Positions 37,102-50,379 of a DNA stretch of 64,000 bases are shown here, piece by piece. How positions within the stretch are numbered: the first letter of the stretch is position 1; each line of letters starts with the position of its first letter. The position numbers were made by a program, and so were the translations under genes. The notes beneath the pieces were generated by a model. It was given only the letters and a program-made list of their open reading frames with translations, made no database searches and had not been told where the DNA came from. Source of the stretch: Ginglymostoma cirratum (Eukaryota); assembly GCA_024137785.1 (NCBI GenBank), contig JAHRHZ010000004.1, forward strand, positions 22,588,005-22,652,004, given 5' to 3'.

Positions 37102-37727
37102 GAGATAATAGGAACTGCAGACGCTGGAGAATCCGAGATAACAAGGTGTGGAGCTGGATGATCACAGCAGGCCAAGCAACATCATAGGAGCAGGAAAGCT
37201 TGACGTTTCGGGCCTAGACCCTTCTTCAGAAATGGGCNNNNNNNNNNNNNNNNNNNNNNNNNNNNNNNNNNNNNNNNNNNNNNNNNNNNNNNNNNNNNNN
37301 NNNNNNNNNNNNNNNNNNNNNNNNNNNNNNNNNNNNNNNNNNNNNNNNNNNNNNNNNNNNNNNNNNNNNNNNNNNNNNNNNNNNNNNNNNNNNNNNNNNN
37401 NNNNNNNNNNNNNNNNNNNNNNNNNNNNNNNNNNNNNNNNNNNNNNNNNNNNNNNNNNNNNNNNNNNNNNNNNNNNNNNNNNNNNNNNNNNNNNNNNNNN
37501 NNNNNNNNNNNNNNNNNNNNNNNNNNNNNNNNNNNNNNNNNNNNNNNNNNNNNNNNNNNNNNNNNNNNNNNNNNNNNNNNNNNNNNNNNNNNNNNNNNNN
37601 NNNNNNNNNNNNNNNNNNNNNNNNNNNNNNNNNNNNNGAAGGGTCTAGGCCCGAAACGTCAAGCTTTCCTGCTCCTATGATGCTGCTTGGCCTGCTGTGT
37701 TCATCCAGCTCCACATCTTGCTATCTC
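37102..37727. mobile_element. Inverted pair of PLE family A termini flanking a 400-N gap
   Basis: 37102-37237 (-) and 37638-37727 (+) are near-identical inverted arms; intact core CTGAAGA-AGGGTCTAGGCCC-GAAAC-GTC at 37202-37229 (-). Confidence 0.8.
37238..37637. other. Assembly gap (400 N)
   Basis: N run. Confidence 1.
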
Positions 37728-37914
37728 TTATATACAGTTAACTACCCATTTGAGAGATGTACTAAGCTAAGTAACAGCTACTCAATCCAGAAGCTCGCTA
37801 ACTGCACACAATGCTCACTTACTTTCTCCTTCCTGATCATGCATTTCCCTGGGCCAAGAGAGAAAGTAACATATAGTTTATAGGAATAAACAAAGCCTAA
37901 TCTAAATCAGAGAA

Positions 37915-38203
37915 TTCATACAGTGTGGAAACAGGCCATTCGGCCCAACATGTTCACACTGACTCAACCCCCTACCCTAAAACCCTGCATTTCCCATGGC
38001 TAATCCACCTAACCTATACATCTCTGGACACTATGGGCAATTTAGCATGGCCAATCCACCTAACCTACACATTTTTGAATCCAGTGGAAATCCATGCAGA
38101 CTCAGGGAGAATGTGCTAACTCTGTGTAGACAGTCGCCGACGCTTGAATTGAACCCTGGTCCCTGGTGCCGTGAGGCAGCAGTGCTAACCACTGTGCTGC
38201 CCC
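37915..38203 (-). mobile_element. HE1-like V-SINE
   Basis: gaggcagcagtgctaaccactgtgctgccc head (reverse complement) and cagtgtggaaacaggccattcggccc tail. Confidence 0.8.
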
Positions 38204-41200
38204 GTGTGCTTTCAATGTGACAAGAACTGTATGTGGGTGTGGGGTAAGATTTTAACCTGGTTCATTAAACAGGACTCAGGCTGGGTCGGGTCAGATATCC
38301 TACTTACACCCCATTAAAATCCATAGGGGATGTAATGCAGGTGAGGTGTTAAACAGGCATCTGACTCACACCTTGAAAATGGTGAAGTTAAAATCACAGT
38401 GTGTGTGTGCTTAACAGGCTGGTGAAAGTGGTATTGTTTGTGGCAGAGATTCCTGAGGCCAAGAAATGCAGGGAGCTTGGGGAAGAGTATATGGAAAAGG
38501 AGTCCTCCTGTTGATGTTTCAGGAGGGCAAAAGCACCTTTCATTTCATCTCCCTCGAGCTGCGACACAGTATGATACTCCAACAATAAAATGGGTGGGTA
38601 CATAGATCCTCTGCAAATATTTGGTTTTGAATGTCCATGGGGAGCTCAGTTTTGCTGAAAAGGTTTTCCCAAGTAATTGGCTTTAACGTAAAGCGACACC
38701 CACGCATTCACATTGAGAGAGACTGTCATCTAAAGCTAAAGAGATGGATATCAGAATTTCCCTGAATTTTACTCCTGGGATTTGCACCCTAGAAACTCTG
38801 AATAATTAAAAGAGAAATTACATATCCCTGCAAATCAGATAAATGCTGATAGTAAACTTGGCTCAGCGGGCGCAATTTCTCAGTGTCAGAGCACTGCAGT
38901 TTCAGGACAGGCCTTAAAATCTAGGCCAACACCGCAGTCAGGAGAAAGAACCAAAAGATGTGCATTTACTGAAGCTGTGTGTTGTGCTGTGCTGTGCTGG
39001 GAGTAAATAACTAATTGGATCTTCCTATGCAGAAAGTGACTGCCGTGTTGGTCAACATGTTGTCTGCAGGAGGCAGCTCAGTGCATGCAAAACGTTTCAA
39101 AGCATTTCTAAGAGCGGTAAGATGCTTTTCATTCAATGGAAAATGCAAATAAGTCCAAGATTTGTGGCCCATCCCCAATTTCCCCTGAGCAGAGTGGCTC
39201 TCTGGGCCACTCCAAAGAGCAGTTAAGAGACAATTGCACCAACGGAAAAAGGGATTAAAGTTGAGTTCACACTTGTCACTCCTCCTGAGCGCATCCTGCT
39301 AGAGGGAGTGCATGGAAAGGCTAGGTGAGAACAGGATACGGTGTAGTTATTCACCAGAAGGCTTCTACAATTATGACCTGCTTAGTAATACAGGTCATTG
39401 CACTTATTTTTGACTATTGTTTGCTCCACCTAACAAGACTCCCTGAAGAGCGGAGGCTAGAGCTGTGCTTTGGACTGATCCAGATAGGAACCCCTTCATT
39501 GGCCCGACAGCAACCCCATTCTCATGCTTAGGAACTCTAATCCATTCCAAGTCTGGGTCCAATGCAGTCCAACCAGCTAAGGCAGAAAATCTATTGCGAC
39601 AATATCTGGCACTGGTGGGAATGGTTCTCTCCTTGGGAGTTAAGGCCACAATGTACACGGTTACAGATCACCAGTGGCAAGGACATGAATTAAGCATCAA
39701 AAGACATGATGCCTCCATGGCCACCAGTTCCAGACAGGTTCACACCTGAGCCTTTGAGAGAGATTCCCAGCCACACAGCTGCTAGATCATTCTCAAGTTC
39801 TGACTATGGATGCCTTTCAGGCTGTCCCAACCAGTACAGTCACTGGCACATCACATTCCCAATCCACTGAGTGCCCGGAACGGGACTCTAGTAGAGGCAT
39901 GGAGAGGGCTGGAAAGCCCAGAGTGGGATTGCGGTAGTGGAAAGGAAAGTTGGGCTCTCTTAAGTCATTTTTTTTCTTCTCTTATTCTAAGTTAATGCGA
40001 AAGGCGCCGTGTATGTACAGTGAAGGTACTCACTTCTCAGTGTATTTTTACATTGAATACACATGACAATAAGTGATTCAATCCATTCCAATTCACTCCT
40101 CCTAAGCAGCTTAGCTGAAGGGATAACCTAGGGCTTATACAAGTGAAGGAGTTATAGTAATTAATAGCAGAGAGAGAAAAAAAGAGAAATTCTTTTCTTT
40201 ACCTTTGGGCTTCACTTGTCTTTGTTTGCAGACCGTTCAAACTAATTTATGGAGGCATGTGTCATTTGCATCCAACCATTTCTTGCATTTAGCCATGGAC
40301 TGCCCAATCTATGTTGACTTCAACTACTTCTCTGTCATTTGTGTATTGATTGCAAATTCTTATTTAAAAACTTCTTCCAGCGTCTTGAATTTCCTATCTT
40401 TGCAACAGTCTAAATTCCAGCTAACTTCCTCCAATATTCCAATACCCTTTGGTATATCCTGTTTCACCTCAAATTATTGTACAGCCTTTAGAAAATGCGC
40501 TTCGGTATCATGAATTCCAAAAATTAAAGTTCCACGGTTTGCCACATCATTCCTCATTTTTAAAAACTGCCTCAACTGTGCCTGCAGTCATATTTTAATG
40601 TTCCTGCCAAGTTGTTGTTTGATCTTTGAAGCTTCCATTTGTAAAGCAGAAGAATTGTTGACAACGGACGGGTCATATGCCTCAATTGGGAATTAAATTT
40701 GGATCCACAACAATGTGGCTGCATAGTACATTTAACGTAATAATCTCACGTGCACTGTAGATTGATGTAAGGAATGTAGGCTTTGAATTGGGAAAGAAGT
40801 GATGGAAAGCTTAAAGGAAGTGGGAGGTTTTCAAAAAGTTTGTAAGAGAGAAAGGATGATGGGGACATTTCCTGACAGGCAGTCGAAGGCTTCTGTTACC
40901 AATGAACATACTAGGTTGAAGCAAGTGCACATAAAGCAAAAGTCAACAGAACCCTACGCTTGGAGGTTAATGCAGAGATCAGTTGGAGGCCACTGAGGAA
41001 TCTAAAGATGAGGACAAAAATCTTGTGTGAGCAATGAGGAATCAATGTAGGTCAACATAACCTGAGGGGGCGAACCTGGATGTTTTGGATAGCATAATCG
41101 TACCTGAATTTTGGCCATTTGCCCTCTTCTTCAACAATGTTAAAGATTTATAATCAATAATTGCATAAATAGAGGTCAATAAAAAAAAGCTGAGATTTGA

Positions 41201-42296
41201 ATCAAAACATTAAAAACAGATCATGCAGCATCTGTGAAAAACAGTGAACAGCAACTTGTACTTATAGCACCTTCAGCATGTCGCAAAGTGTTCCACATGT
41301 GCGTTATCAAGTCAATTTTATTAATAAATCACAACGCTATCATGAGACAGGTGGCTAAAGTCTTATAAACATACAAATTAGGAGCAAAAGGAGACCATTC
41401 AGTCAGATAATGGTTGAATTGATGGTGGCCCTATCTAAGCCAATTAACTTCGATTTCTTTGCCTAATAAGAATCTACCTACCTTCACTTTAAAAATATTC
41501 AGCGACCCTGCTTCTGCCAAAGTTGTACAAACCACGACAGAAACATTTCCCCATATCTGTCCTAAAAGGGAGACCCCAGTTTTGAGTGCCCCCTAGTTCT
41601 GGACTCACCCAAGAGATTAGCCACGCAAGTCTTTAAAGTGTGTCTTAAAGAAAAGGAAAATAATAAACTGCAGAGATTTAAACAGAATTCCAGAGTTTCA
41701 GGCTTTTGCAGCAGGAGGAACAGCCAGAGTGAGGACTCCCAGACCCCTCTGTTCTGGCCCCAAAATGTTAACTTTGATTTCCCTTCACTGATGCTGCCAG
41801 GAATGTTGAGCTTTTTCAGCAATTTATGTTTTCGTTCCTCTGTTGCAGCATTCTGCAGATTTTTGCTAGTTAAACAATATTCAGCTCTAGTCCTTCGGCT
41901 AAAGTGTATCATCTGACTTCCCACATTTATACTCCATTTCTCAAGTTTTCACCCACTCACTTCAGCTGCTTGTGACCTTGTGTAGACAGCCATCTCACAG
42001 CTTGCCTTACCCACCAACTTGGTGATAGTACATTCACTTCCATCATCCAAATCATTAATAAATATTGAAATAATTGTAGCCCCTGTACTCATCCTTATGA
42101 CACTCTGCTAGTTACGGACTACAATTCTGAAAATGCCCCCTTTATCCCAACTCCCTATTTGTTCATCTTCTATTAGTTAGCCAATCCTCCATCCATGCTA
42201 ATGTATGAAGCTCAACATCAATGGGCTCTTATCTCATCAAGTAGTTTTATGTGCAGTAACAAATTGAATGCCTTTTAGAAATCTAAACATACAAGA

Positions 42297-43832
42297 TGAT
42301 GAGCAATCACTGATGCTGAAAGTAATTCATGACATACTGCAAAAATATATCCCAGTGAGGAAGCAGGATCCTAGCAAGGATGTAAACCAACTATAGTTAA
42401 CCAAGGAAGTTGGAGATAGTATCAAACTAAAAGAAAAACAAACAAGATTCGTGGTAAACCGGAAGATTGGGAAAGTTTCAAATACCAACAAACTATTACC
42501 AAGAAAAACAACAAGGGACAAAATAAACTGAAGGCAAACTAAACTAGCAAGTAATAATATGTAAGCAAGTTGGTAAGTACGCTGGTTCCCTTTTATATCG
42601 CCTGCTTGTTACTACCTCAAAGTGTCAGTCATAATATCCCCTTCATTAAGCCGTGATGACTCTGCTTGATTCTATTGTGTACTTCTAAATTCTCTACTAC
42701 TGCATCTTTTATGATGGACTGTGACATTTTCCTAATGACATGTCAAGTTAACAGGCCTATTGTTACTGGATATTTAGTCCTTCATTTTGTAGAAAGGCGT
42801 TATACTGGTGGTTTTCCAAACCTCTGGGGCTCTTCCAGAAACTTAATGATTTGTGGAAGGTTACTACCAGTGCCTCTGCCATCACGACAGCTACTTCCAA
42901 TAGAACCCTAGAATGCAACCTATCACCTCCCACAACTCCACCTACACATCTCGTTGCCCTGGGTAGGCAACCAACATCAAAGACCCCCTCCCACCCCAGT
43001 AATACTCTCTTCCAACCTCTTCCGACGGGCAGGAGATATAGAAGCTTAAACACACACACCAACAGGTTTAAGAACAGCTTCTTCCCTGCCGTTAATAGAC
43101 TGCGAAACGGACCTCTCCAATTTCAAATCTCATGTTGATTTTACTTCTGTGCACCTCCTGTGCAGCCGTAACCTTGTGTGCCTTGCTCCATATAAACACC
43201 CCATGATCAGTATGTCCTTGTATGTTATGATCTGCCTGTACTGCATGCAAAACAAAACTCTTCACTATACTTCAGTACACGTGACAACAATAAATCAGAC
43301 CGAATCAAATCGCATTCGGGGACATATCGACCTTCAACCCCATTAATTCCTCTACGATTTTTTCACTATTGATAGTTTTGTTACGCCGTTGATTATTTCG
43401 TATATTTGTAATGCTATTAGTGTACTCTGCTGTGAAGACTGATGCAAAGTATTTACTCAATTTCTCTGCCATTTCCTGGATCCCCATTATTTTCACCACA
43501 GCCTCATTCTGAGTGATATATGATCACTTTGACCTCAGTCTTATATAATTAGTGAAGCTTTCAATGTAATGCTTACGTATTATTACTTGCTAGTTTATTT
43601 TACCTTCAGATTATTTTCTCGGTAATAGTTTGTTGGTATTTGAATCTTTCCCAATCTTCCAGCTTACCACTAATCTTTGTCATCTTGTTTGTTTTTCTTT
43701 TAATTTGATACTATCTCCAACTTCCTTGGTTAACTATAGTTGGCTTACATCCTTGCTAGGATCCTGCTTTCTCACTGGGATATGTTTTTGCAGTAAATCA
43801 TGAACTATTTTCAACGTCAGTGATTGCTCATC
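42297..43832. repeat. Inverted duplication, arms 42297-42567 and 43570-43832
   Basis: gcaggatcctagcaaggatgtaaaccaactatagttaaccaaggaagttggagatagtatcaaa versus tttgatactatctccaacttccttggttaactatagttggcttacatccttgctaggatcctgc. Confidence 0.9.
42915..43312 (+). mobile_element. Rex1/Babar-clade LINE 3' end
   Basis: PSHPSNTLFQPLPTGRRYRSL..TNRFKNSFFPAV; tail aataaatcagaccgaatcaaatc. Confidence 0.8.
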
Positions 43833-43877
43833 AATTTTCTGATAAACTGCTATCCTAGACCACCAAAATTTGCAGCC

Positions 43878-44775
43878 TGGTGGACAGTGATGAAAGTTAT
43901 CTCAGAGTACAATGGGACCTTGATCAGATGGGCCAATGGACCGAGGAGTGGCAGGTGGAATTGAATTTAGGTAAATGAGGTGCTGTGTTTTGGTAAGGCA
44001 CACCAGGGCAGGACTCATACAGTTAATGGTAGGGCCCTGGTGAGTGTTGCTGAACAAAGGAACCTAGGGGTGCATGTGTATAGTTCCTTTAAAGTGGCAA
44101 AGGTAAACAGAATAGTGAAGAAAGCATTTGGTATGCTGGCCTTTATTGGTCAGGGCATTGAGTATAGGAGTTTGGTAGGGGGGGGGGGTCATGTAGTGGT
44201 TGTACTGGACATTGGTAAGGCCACTTTTAAAATACTGCATTCAGTTATGGGCTTCCTGCTGTAGGAAAGATGTTGTTAAACTTGTGAAGGTTCAGAAAAG
44301 ATCTACAAAGGATGTTGCCAGAATTGGAGTGTTTGAGTTATAGGGTGGAGCTGACTTGGTTGGGTCTATTTTTCCTGGTGCGTTGGAGGCTGAGGAGTGA
44401 CCTTATAGAGGTTTATAAAATCATGAGGGGTGTGGATAGGTTGAATAGCCAATGTCTTTTTCCCAGCGTAGGGGAGTCCAAAATCAGAGGGCATAGGTTT
44501 AAGGTGAGAGGGGAAAGATTTAAAATAAACCTGAGGGGCAACTTTTTCATGCAGAGGGTGGGGCATGGATGCAATGAGCTGTCAGAGGAAGTGGTGGAGG
44601 CTGCTACAATTACAAATGTTTAAAAGGCATCTGGATGGGTATATGAATAGGAAGAGTTTAAGAGGGATATGGGCCAAATGCTGGCAATTGAGACTACATC
44701 AGATTAGGATATCTGGTCTGCATGGATGAGTTGGACTTAAAGGCTCTGTTCTATGCTGTACAAGTCTATGACACT
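43878..44775 (+). mobile_element. CR1-clade LINE (HER1-like) 3' ~900 bp
   Basis: FGKAHQGRTHTVNGRAL..QRNLGVHV; LRSDLIEVYKIMRGVDR; 3' UTR present. Confidence 0.9.
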
Positions 44776-44799
44776 ACAACTCGAGTGACTCCAAACAGA

Positions 44800-46265
44800 C
44801 ACATCTCCAGAACCTGCAATCAAGGATTTGAAAAAAAGAACGGGTGCTGCGGAGGTAATCGGCTCATGCACTGAGTACAAGTTTCTACAATTTGTTGATT
44901 CTGGACTGGTCAGGTCAGATTGAAAATGTAACACCATCAGTACTGAAAGGAGGCAAACAGCATAAAACAGGAACTACAGACTAGTTTACCTCACATCAGT
45001 CATTGGCATATTCCTGGACTCGACCGAGGGAATCTTAACAATGCAATTAGAAAATCATGGCATAATGAGAACAGGTTAACACGGTTCCAGGAAAAAGCAC
45101 ACATTTGTCTATCTTGTTGAAGATATAACTGGCAGGTAGATAAAAGGGGACCAGCAGGTGTAGTCCAGTACTTGGGTTTCCAAAGGAACATTACACAAGG
45201 CACCGTGGAAAGGCTAACACACAAAATAAGGGCTTTTGGAGTTGAGGGGATTTAACAACATGGAGAAAGGACTGGTTGACAGACAGGAAGCAGAAGGTAG
45301 GGGCAATGGGGGCATTTTCAAGGTTGGCAGGATGTGGATTAGGGACATGCTGCAAGGATCAGAGCTGGGCCCTCAGCTTCTTACAATCTGTATGACAACT
45401 CGGATGAAGAGAGGGAGAGTATGATCTAAATTTAGTGATGACACAAAAGGTATGAAGGAATGCAAACTTTGAGAAGGACACAAAAACACAGCAAAGATAA
45501 TTAACAGATAAGGCAAGTGAGTAGACAACATGATGACAGATGGAATAAGTGTGAAGTAATTCATTTTGGTCATAAGAGTACAACAGCAGAACTTTTTTTT
45601 TAGAAAGGCACAAAACTCGAAAATGTCAATGCTCAGAGAGACTTAGATATATTCAAATAAAGAACTGAAAAGGTTAGCATGCAGGTACAGCAGGCAATTA
45701 GGGAGCCAAATGTCATGTTGGCCTTTATTGCAAGGGAATTAGAGTATAAGAACAAAGTTTCATGCTACAGTTTTACAGTAATCCAGTGTGATCACATCTC
45801 AAATACTGCGTGCATTTTTCCATATTTAAAGGACGGACATACCTGTATTGGAGGCAGCACAACAGATGTTCACTGGATTGACCCCCAGAACGATTAAATT
45901 TAGTCAATGTTGTCTACAGTTTAGAAAACCCGAGCTGTGATCTCATTGAAACACAGACTTATGAAGGGTCTTCACTGATTAGGTACAGGGGCTGTTTTCA
46001 CTAGCGGAGGTATCTAGAACAAGGGAGCACTGTTCCAGAGTCGGGGAGGGGGTTCGATCATTCAGGAATGGAGATGTGGAGAAATTTCTTCACTTCCAAG
46101 GACTGTGAATGTTTCATTGTTGAACATATTTATGGAGGAGATGGACAGATATTTGATCTTTCAGGTAATTGAAAGGTATGGAGAGCTGGCAGAAAAATGT
46201 GAAGTTAAGGGAGGAGTTCAGCTATGATTTGTATTGAATGACAGAGCATGCTTGAGGGCCATATG
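44800..46265 (+). mobile_element. Old degenerate CR1 LINE ORF2 remnant
   Basis: aactacagactagtttacctcacatcag (NYRPVSLTS-like), QGS.LGPQL, KF.DDTK and MQVQQAIR..N.MLAFIARELEY. Confidence 0.75.
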
Positions 46266-49219
46266 ATGTATTTCTCGTAATCACAATTTCTTGGGGAGAA
46301 GCAGCAAGGAAGGATTGGGCATAGCAGTCCATGCTGTGCGGCTCACTATCATAGTCGAGGCTAGACTCCCGTCTGTCACAGGCTGTAAATGACAACAAAT
46401 ATCCTGACTGCCTGGTGCAGAGATTCATCCATTTGTATGTGATAGAATTACTCAGCAAACACTCCTCATCCCAATTAGCCTTTCCCCACAAACCAGCCCT
46501 TTATTCTTTTATGGGAAGTGGGCATTGCTGACAAGGCCAGCATCTGTTGACCATCTCCATTTTCCCTTGAACAGTGTAGCTCTCTGGACCTATTAAGTGC
46601 TCAGTAATGAGTCAACCACATTGCTGTGGGTCTGGAGTTACATATAGGCCATGCTGACTAAGGATGGAAAATTCACTTTCTTTAAAAAAAAAATCAATGA
46701 TATTTGTCTTTAACACAGTTTCTTGCATGAGCTGTCAATTACAGATTTTAAATTAATTTAAAATTCCACCAGTGTCCACAGTGCACTGGGCTAGGCTTTC
46801 AGATTACTAGGCAAGCAGCGTTAATGTGATACCATTATCTCCCCTTGGGAAACCGAGAGCATGTCTCAACAACGTTCTTCCCTCATTGGTACTTAAATCT
46901 AGAAAATCAAAACTAGCTGATGTCCACACTGACAGAGCCACAGGATTCAAGGTGACTGATAATGTTGCGCACAGCCAAAGCCCATTTTTCCAGGAGAGCA
47001 GGAAGTTAATTCTAACTGTCCATTTGAGGGTAGGAAAATCCGAGCTTCATGGTGCTGCCGTTGTTACCATGCCTCTTAGTCAAAGTCACAGTGAACTCGA
47101 AATGTTAACTCTGTTTCTCTCTCCACAGTTGCTGCCAAACCTGCTGAGCTTCTCCAGCATTCTCTTAGTGAGCTACGCTGTGGAGAGACTGACTTCCTCC
47201 TGGACATCATGTTATAAATCGCCTGTAAATGCAAAGACAGATCCCACTGTGTTCTCTGGAGGATCCGCTATGCAGACACAATCCCAACTTAACATGGAAC
47301 CCAGATTTGTGCTGATGCTGTCCCAGAATTAGAGTTGGAGTAGGGTGAGTATTGTCTCAGCTCTTTCAGGCTGAGCTCTGGAGCAAAGGTAACAACATGG
47401 GAGACTGCAGAGCGAATGTGGCACAGGTTTTGACCTTCATAAACCTTGCTTGACAAGATCTGCTGCTGCTGCTAACAGCAAAACCTTTAGGACAGAGCTT
47501 CTCAAACCCATTCACCTACAGACCATTTTGCTGGCGTGAATGATCCCTATAGACCACCTACCAGTGCCACAGCACCCTTTACTGCCTGCCACAGCAAGAC
47601 GTCTCAACAGAATTAATGGGAAACTAATGGAAAATATAAATATTTCACTGCTTTTTCACTTCCAAATATAACAAATTTGTGCATTCCTTTCATTAAAGAT
47701 CCTGAATAAATTAATTCATGCCAGAGGCAGAAGTAGAGACATTTTCATTTTATAAACATTAGCACAAAAGAACACTTTTAGTTGAAACATTCTAATGTCA
47801 TTAAATCACCATAACCTTCAGCTGAGAAACTAATAGTTATCATGCATGTGTGTTAAACTCAACAGGAACATAAATCTTCCTTATGAGACTACATTGCTGT
47901 TGATTGTACTCATGAACACTTGTGTTCCCTTGTCTGGGAGCTGGTTTGTTTGCAGGACACCCATGAAGTGCTGAGGCTGAAAGCTCTGGTCTGTTCTCTC
48001 ATATAGCCTCAGCCATGTCATTACGCACCTGCATTTTAAACCAACCCATTGGACGCCCTTTATGGATCACCAGCGATCTGCAGACCACACTAATAGAACA
48101 ATATGGGACTGATCGTTTATCTGTGGACATGACGTAGGGGTCCACTATGACTACATGAGCACACTGTGAAGCTGGAACCTTTTTGGCTAAAACATCATTC
48201 TGTCCAGCACATTTCTCCAACTGAGTCATTCAGAATCAACAGAACCATTTAAAAAGGAATAGTGTGTACCCAAGTCTAATGAAAAAGCTTGCAACAATCT
48301 CACTTTGCTGATAAAATAAGCTACATGCGCCAGGGTTTAGGTTATGAATTTGCACTGATGGAAATTAGAATTAACTTTATTGTCACATGTATTCAAATGA
48401 AAAGTATATACTTCACTGCTTATGACACCATCTTAGGTACAGCTTCTTCAGTTACAATTCTTGGGAAAATGGAGAAGGAAAAAGTCCAGAATTGTAGATT
48501 TTAGGGATGACTTATAAAATGGAGGAAAAACAAATCAGTATAACAATCTTCTAATCCAGACCATGCAGGCATTTAGCCTCCAGTCCACACCAAGTCTTGA
48601 CTCCAGACCATCACTGGACAGCAGGAATCATGCTGGGAAAATAGACTTTGATTCCTGTTTCTCCCTTTCTTGGATGTGGTGTGGAATATACCATGGGACT
48701 AGACGCCTGATACGTAACTCCATCATATGAAACACCTCATTGGATAGGCAAATCCAGAACATCTACTTATAATGTTGGCTTCTGTCAATGATCAGGAGTG
48801 ATTTACTGGGCATTATTATAAATTGTCAGTAAGAAATGACGTGACACATTCCTCTATATTTTCAACACAGAACAAACTACTTCCCAGTTGCTCTTGACCC
48901 TGTACTCTTACACAACAGCTTCACAACAGGATGAGTGCTTCAGCATAATAACCAAACACGCACAAATCACACAGTGTCTAATCAGACATTCAGCAAACAG
49001 TGCCAGAGTCCAGACTACATTTAGTAATGGTGCCATCATTTCAGCTCACCAACAATTGTAACTTTCTGTAGCTTGGAACTGGTTTAACCTAAAATTGACG
49101 AGTCTGTATTGGATATTTTTTAATCAACCTGCTCAATGTTATCATTACACACCTCTGGATCAGGTGGGACCTCCACCTGGGCCTCCGTGGCCAAAGGTAA
49201 GGACATTATACCAAGGACC

Positions 49220-49430
49220 AAAAACAGAAATTGCTGTAAAAAGCTCAGCAGGTCTGGCAGCATCTGTGGAGAGAAATCAGAGTTCATGTTTCGGGATCAG
49301 TGACCCTTCTTCAGTTCTGAAGATAACTCTGCTTTCTCTTCACACATGCTGCCAGATCTGGTGACTTTTCTTTCGCCAATTCCTGATTTTGTCTCCGATT
49401 TCCAGCATCCGCAGTTCTTGCGGTTGTTTT
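49220..49430. mobile_element. Inverted dimer of PLE family B terminus
   Basis: 49220-49315 (-) carries CTGAAGA-AGGGTCACTGATCCC-GAAAC; the (+) arm ...cacacatgctgccaga...cagttcttgcggtt follows. Confidence 0.75.
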
Positions 49431-50379
49431 GTACGTTATAACCTCACTCCTTTAAAGGATAAACTCAGGATGAAGTTGCAGGTAGTTCTCACACCTTGAC
49501 TAAACCACAGGATCAACTGCCCGTCAAACACGCAGACAGATTTGAGAAGTAATGAAAACGCCCCATTTCTTCATCTGAACTGTTTGCCGAGTTGTGTCTT
49601 GTCAAGATTTGAAAGTGTACAAAATTTTTTTTTTCCGTAAGTCAAAATCAGCTTCTCTGCTGGTATTCTTGAACATTCCTGGTGATCAGTGAGTGACTAC
49701 CACACCCACCTCCTACTTCCTCGCATGCAAATCTTTTTTTAATCTACCTGTTCAGGGATGTTATTACAGACCTCTGTAATACCAGGAACAGGTGGAACTT
49801 TAACCTGGTCTTCCTAGCTCAGAGGTGGGGACACTACCACAGTAAGTCACGTGCGAGCTTTGACAGTGAATATCAGGGGAATATTTACACACTGGTGTCA
49901 CAGCTGAGATCAATCCTCTTCAGCTTCATTACACATTCCTCCAGCAGAAAGGTCACTGGATAGTGATCGGAATAATAAAGGGCTTAAAAAAAAGTCAATC
50001 ACAAGGACATGTTGTACAGGCCCCAGATTGATTTCCCTAGAGTGCAGAAAATGGGGAAGTGGATCCAATTGAAGTGTCCAAGATGATTAAGGGAATTGAT
50101 AGGATCAATGAGGAAAAATTGTTTCCTGGGAGTGGGGTAAGAGAAACAGAACAAGGGTGATAGAACTGTATTGTTAGGAAACACTTTTTCACACGCAGAA
50201 ATCCCCGACTCTCTCCCACAACAAGAGTTTTATTCAGAGGAGTAAAAAGGCTTGTATTTACATAGCACTTTGCACAACTGCCAGATGTCTCGAAATGCTT
50301 TACAACCAATGAAATAGTTTAGAAGTGTAGTCACTGTTGAAATGTAGGAAAATTAAAGGATTAAGGGAAGCAGGTCAAT

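Larger units (their letters stand above)
41365..43835 (-). mobile_element. Old degenerate CR1 LINE with several nested insertions
   Basis: 3' tail at 41365-41610; RT-region remnants; EMAEKLSKYFASVFT at 43305-43499. Confidence 0.7.

Noticed and set aside
37148-37714. ORFs of 162-166 aa
   Set aside because: Artefacts of the N gap.
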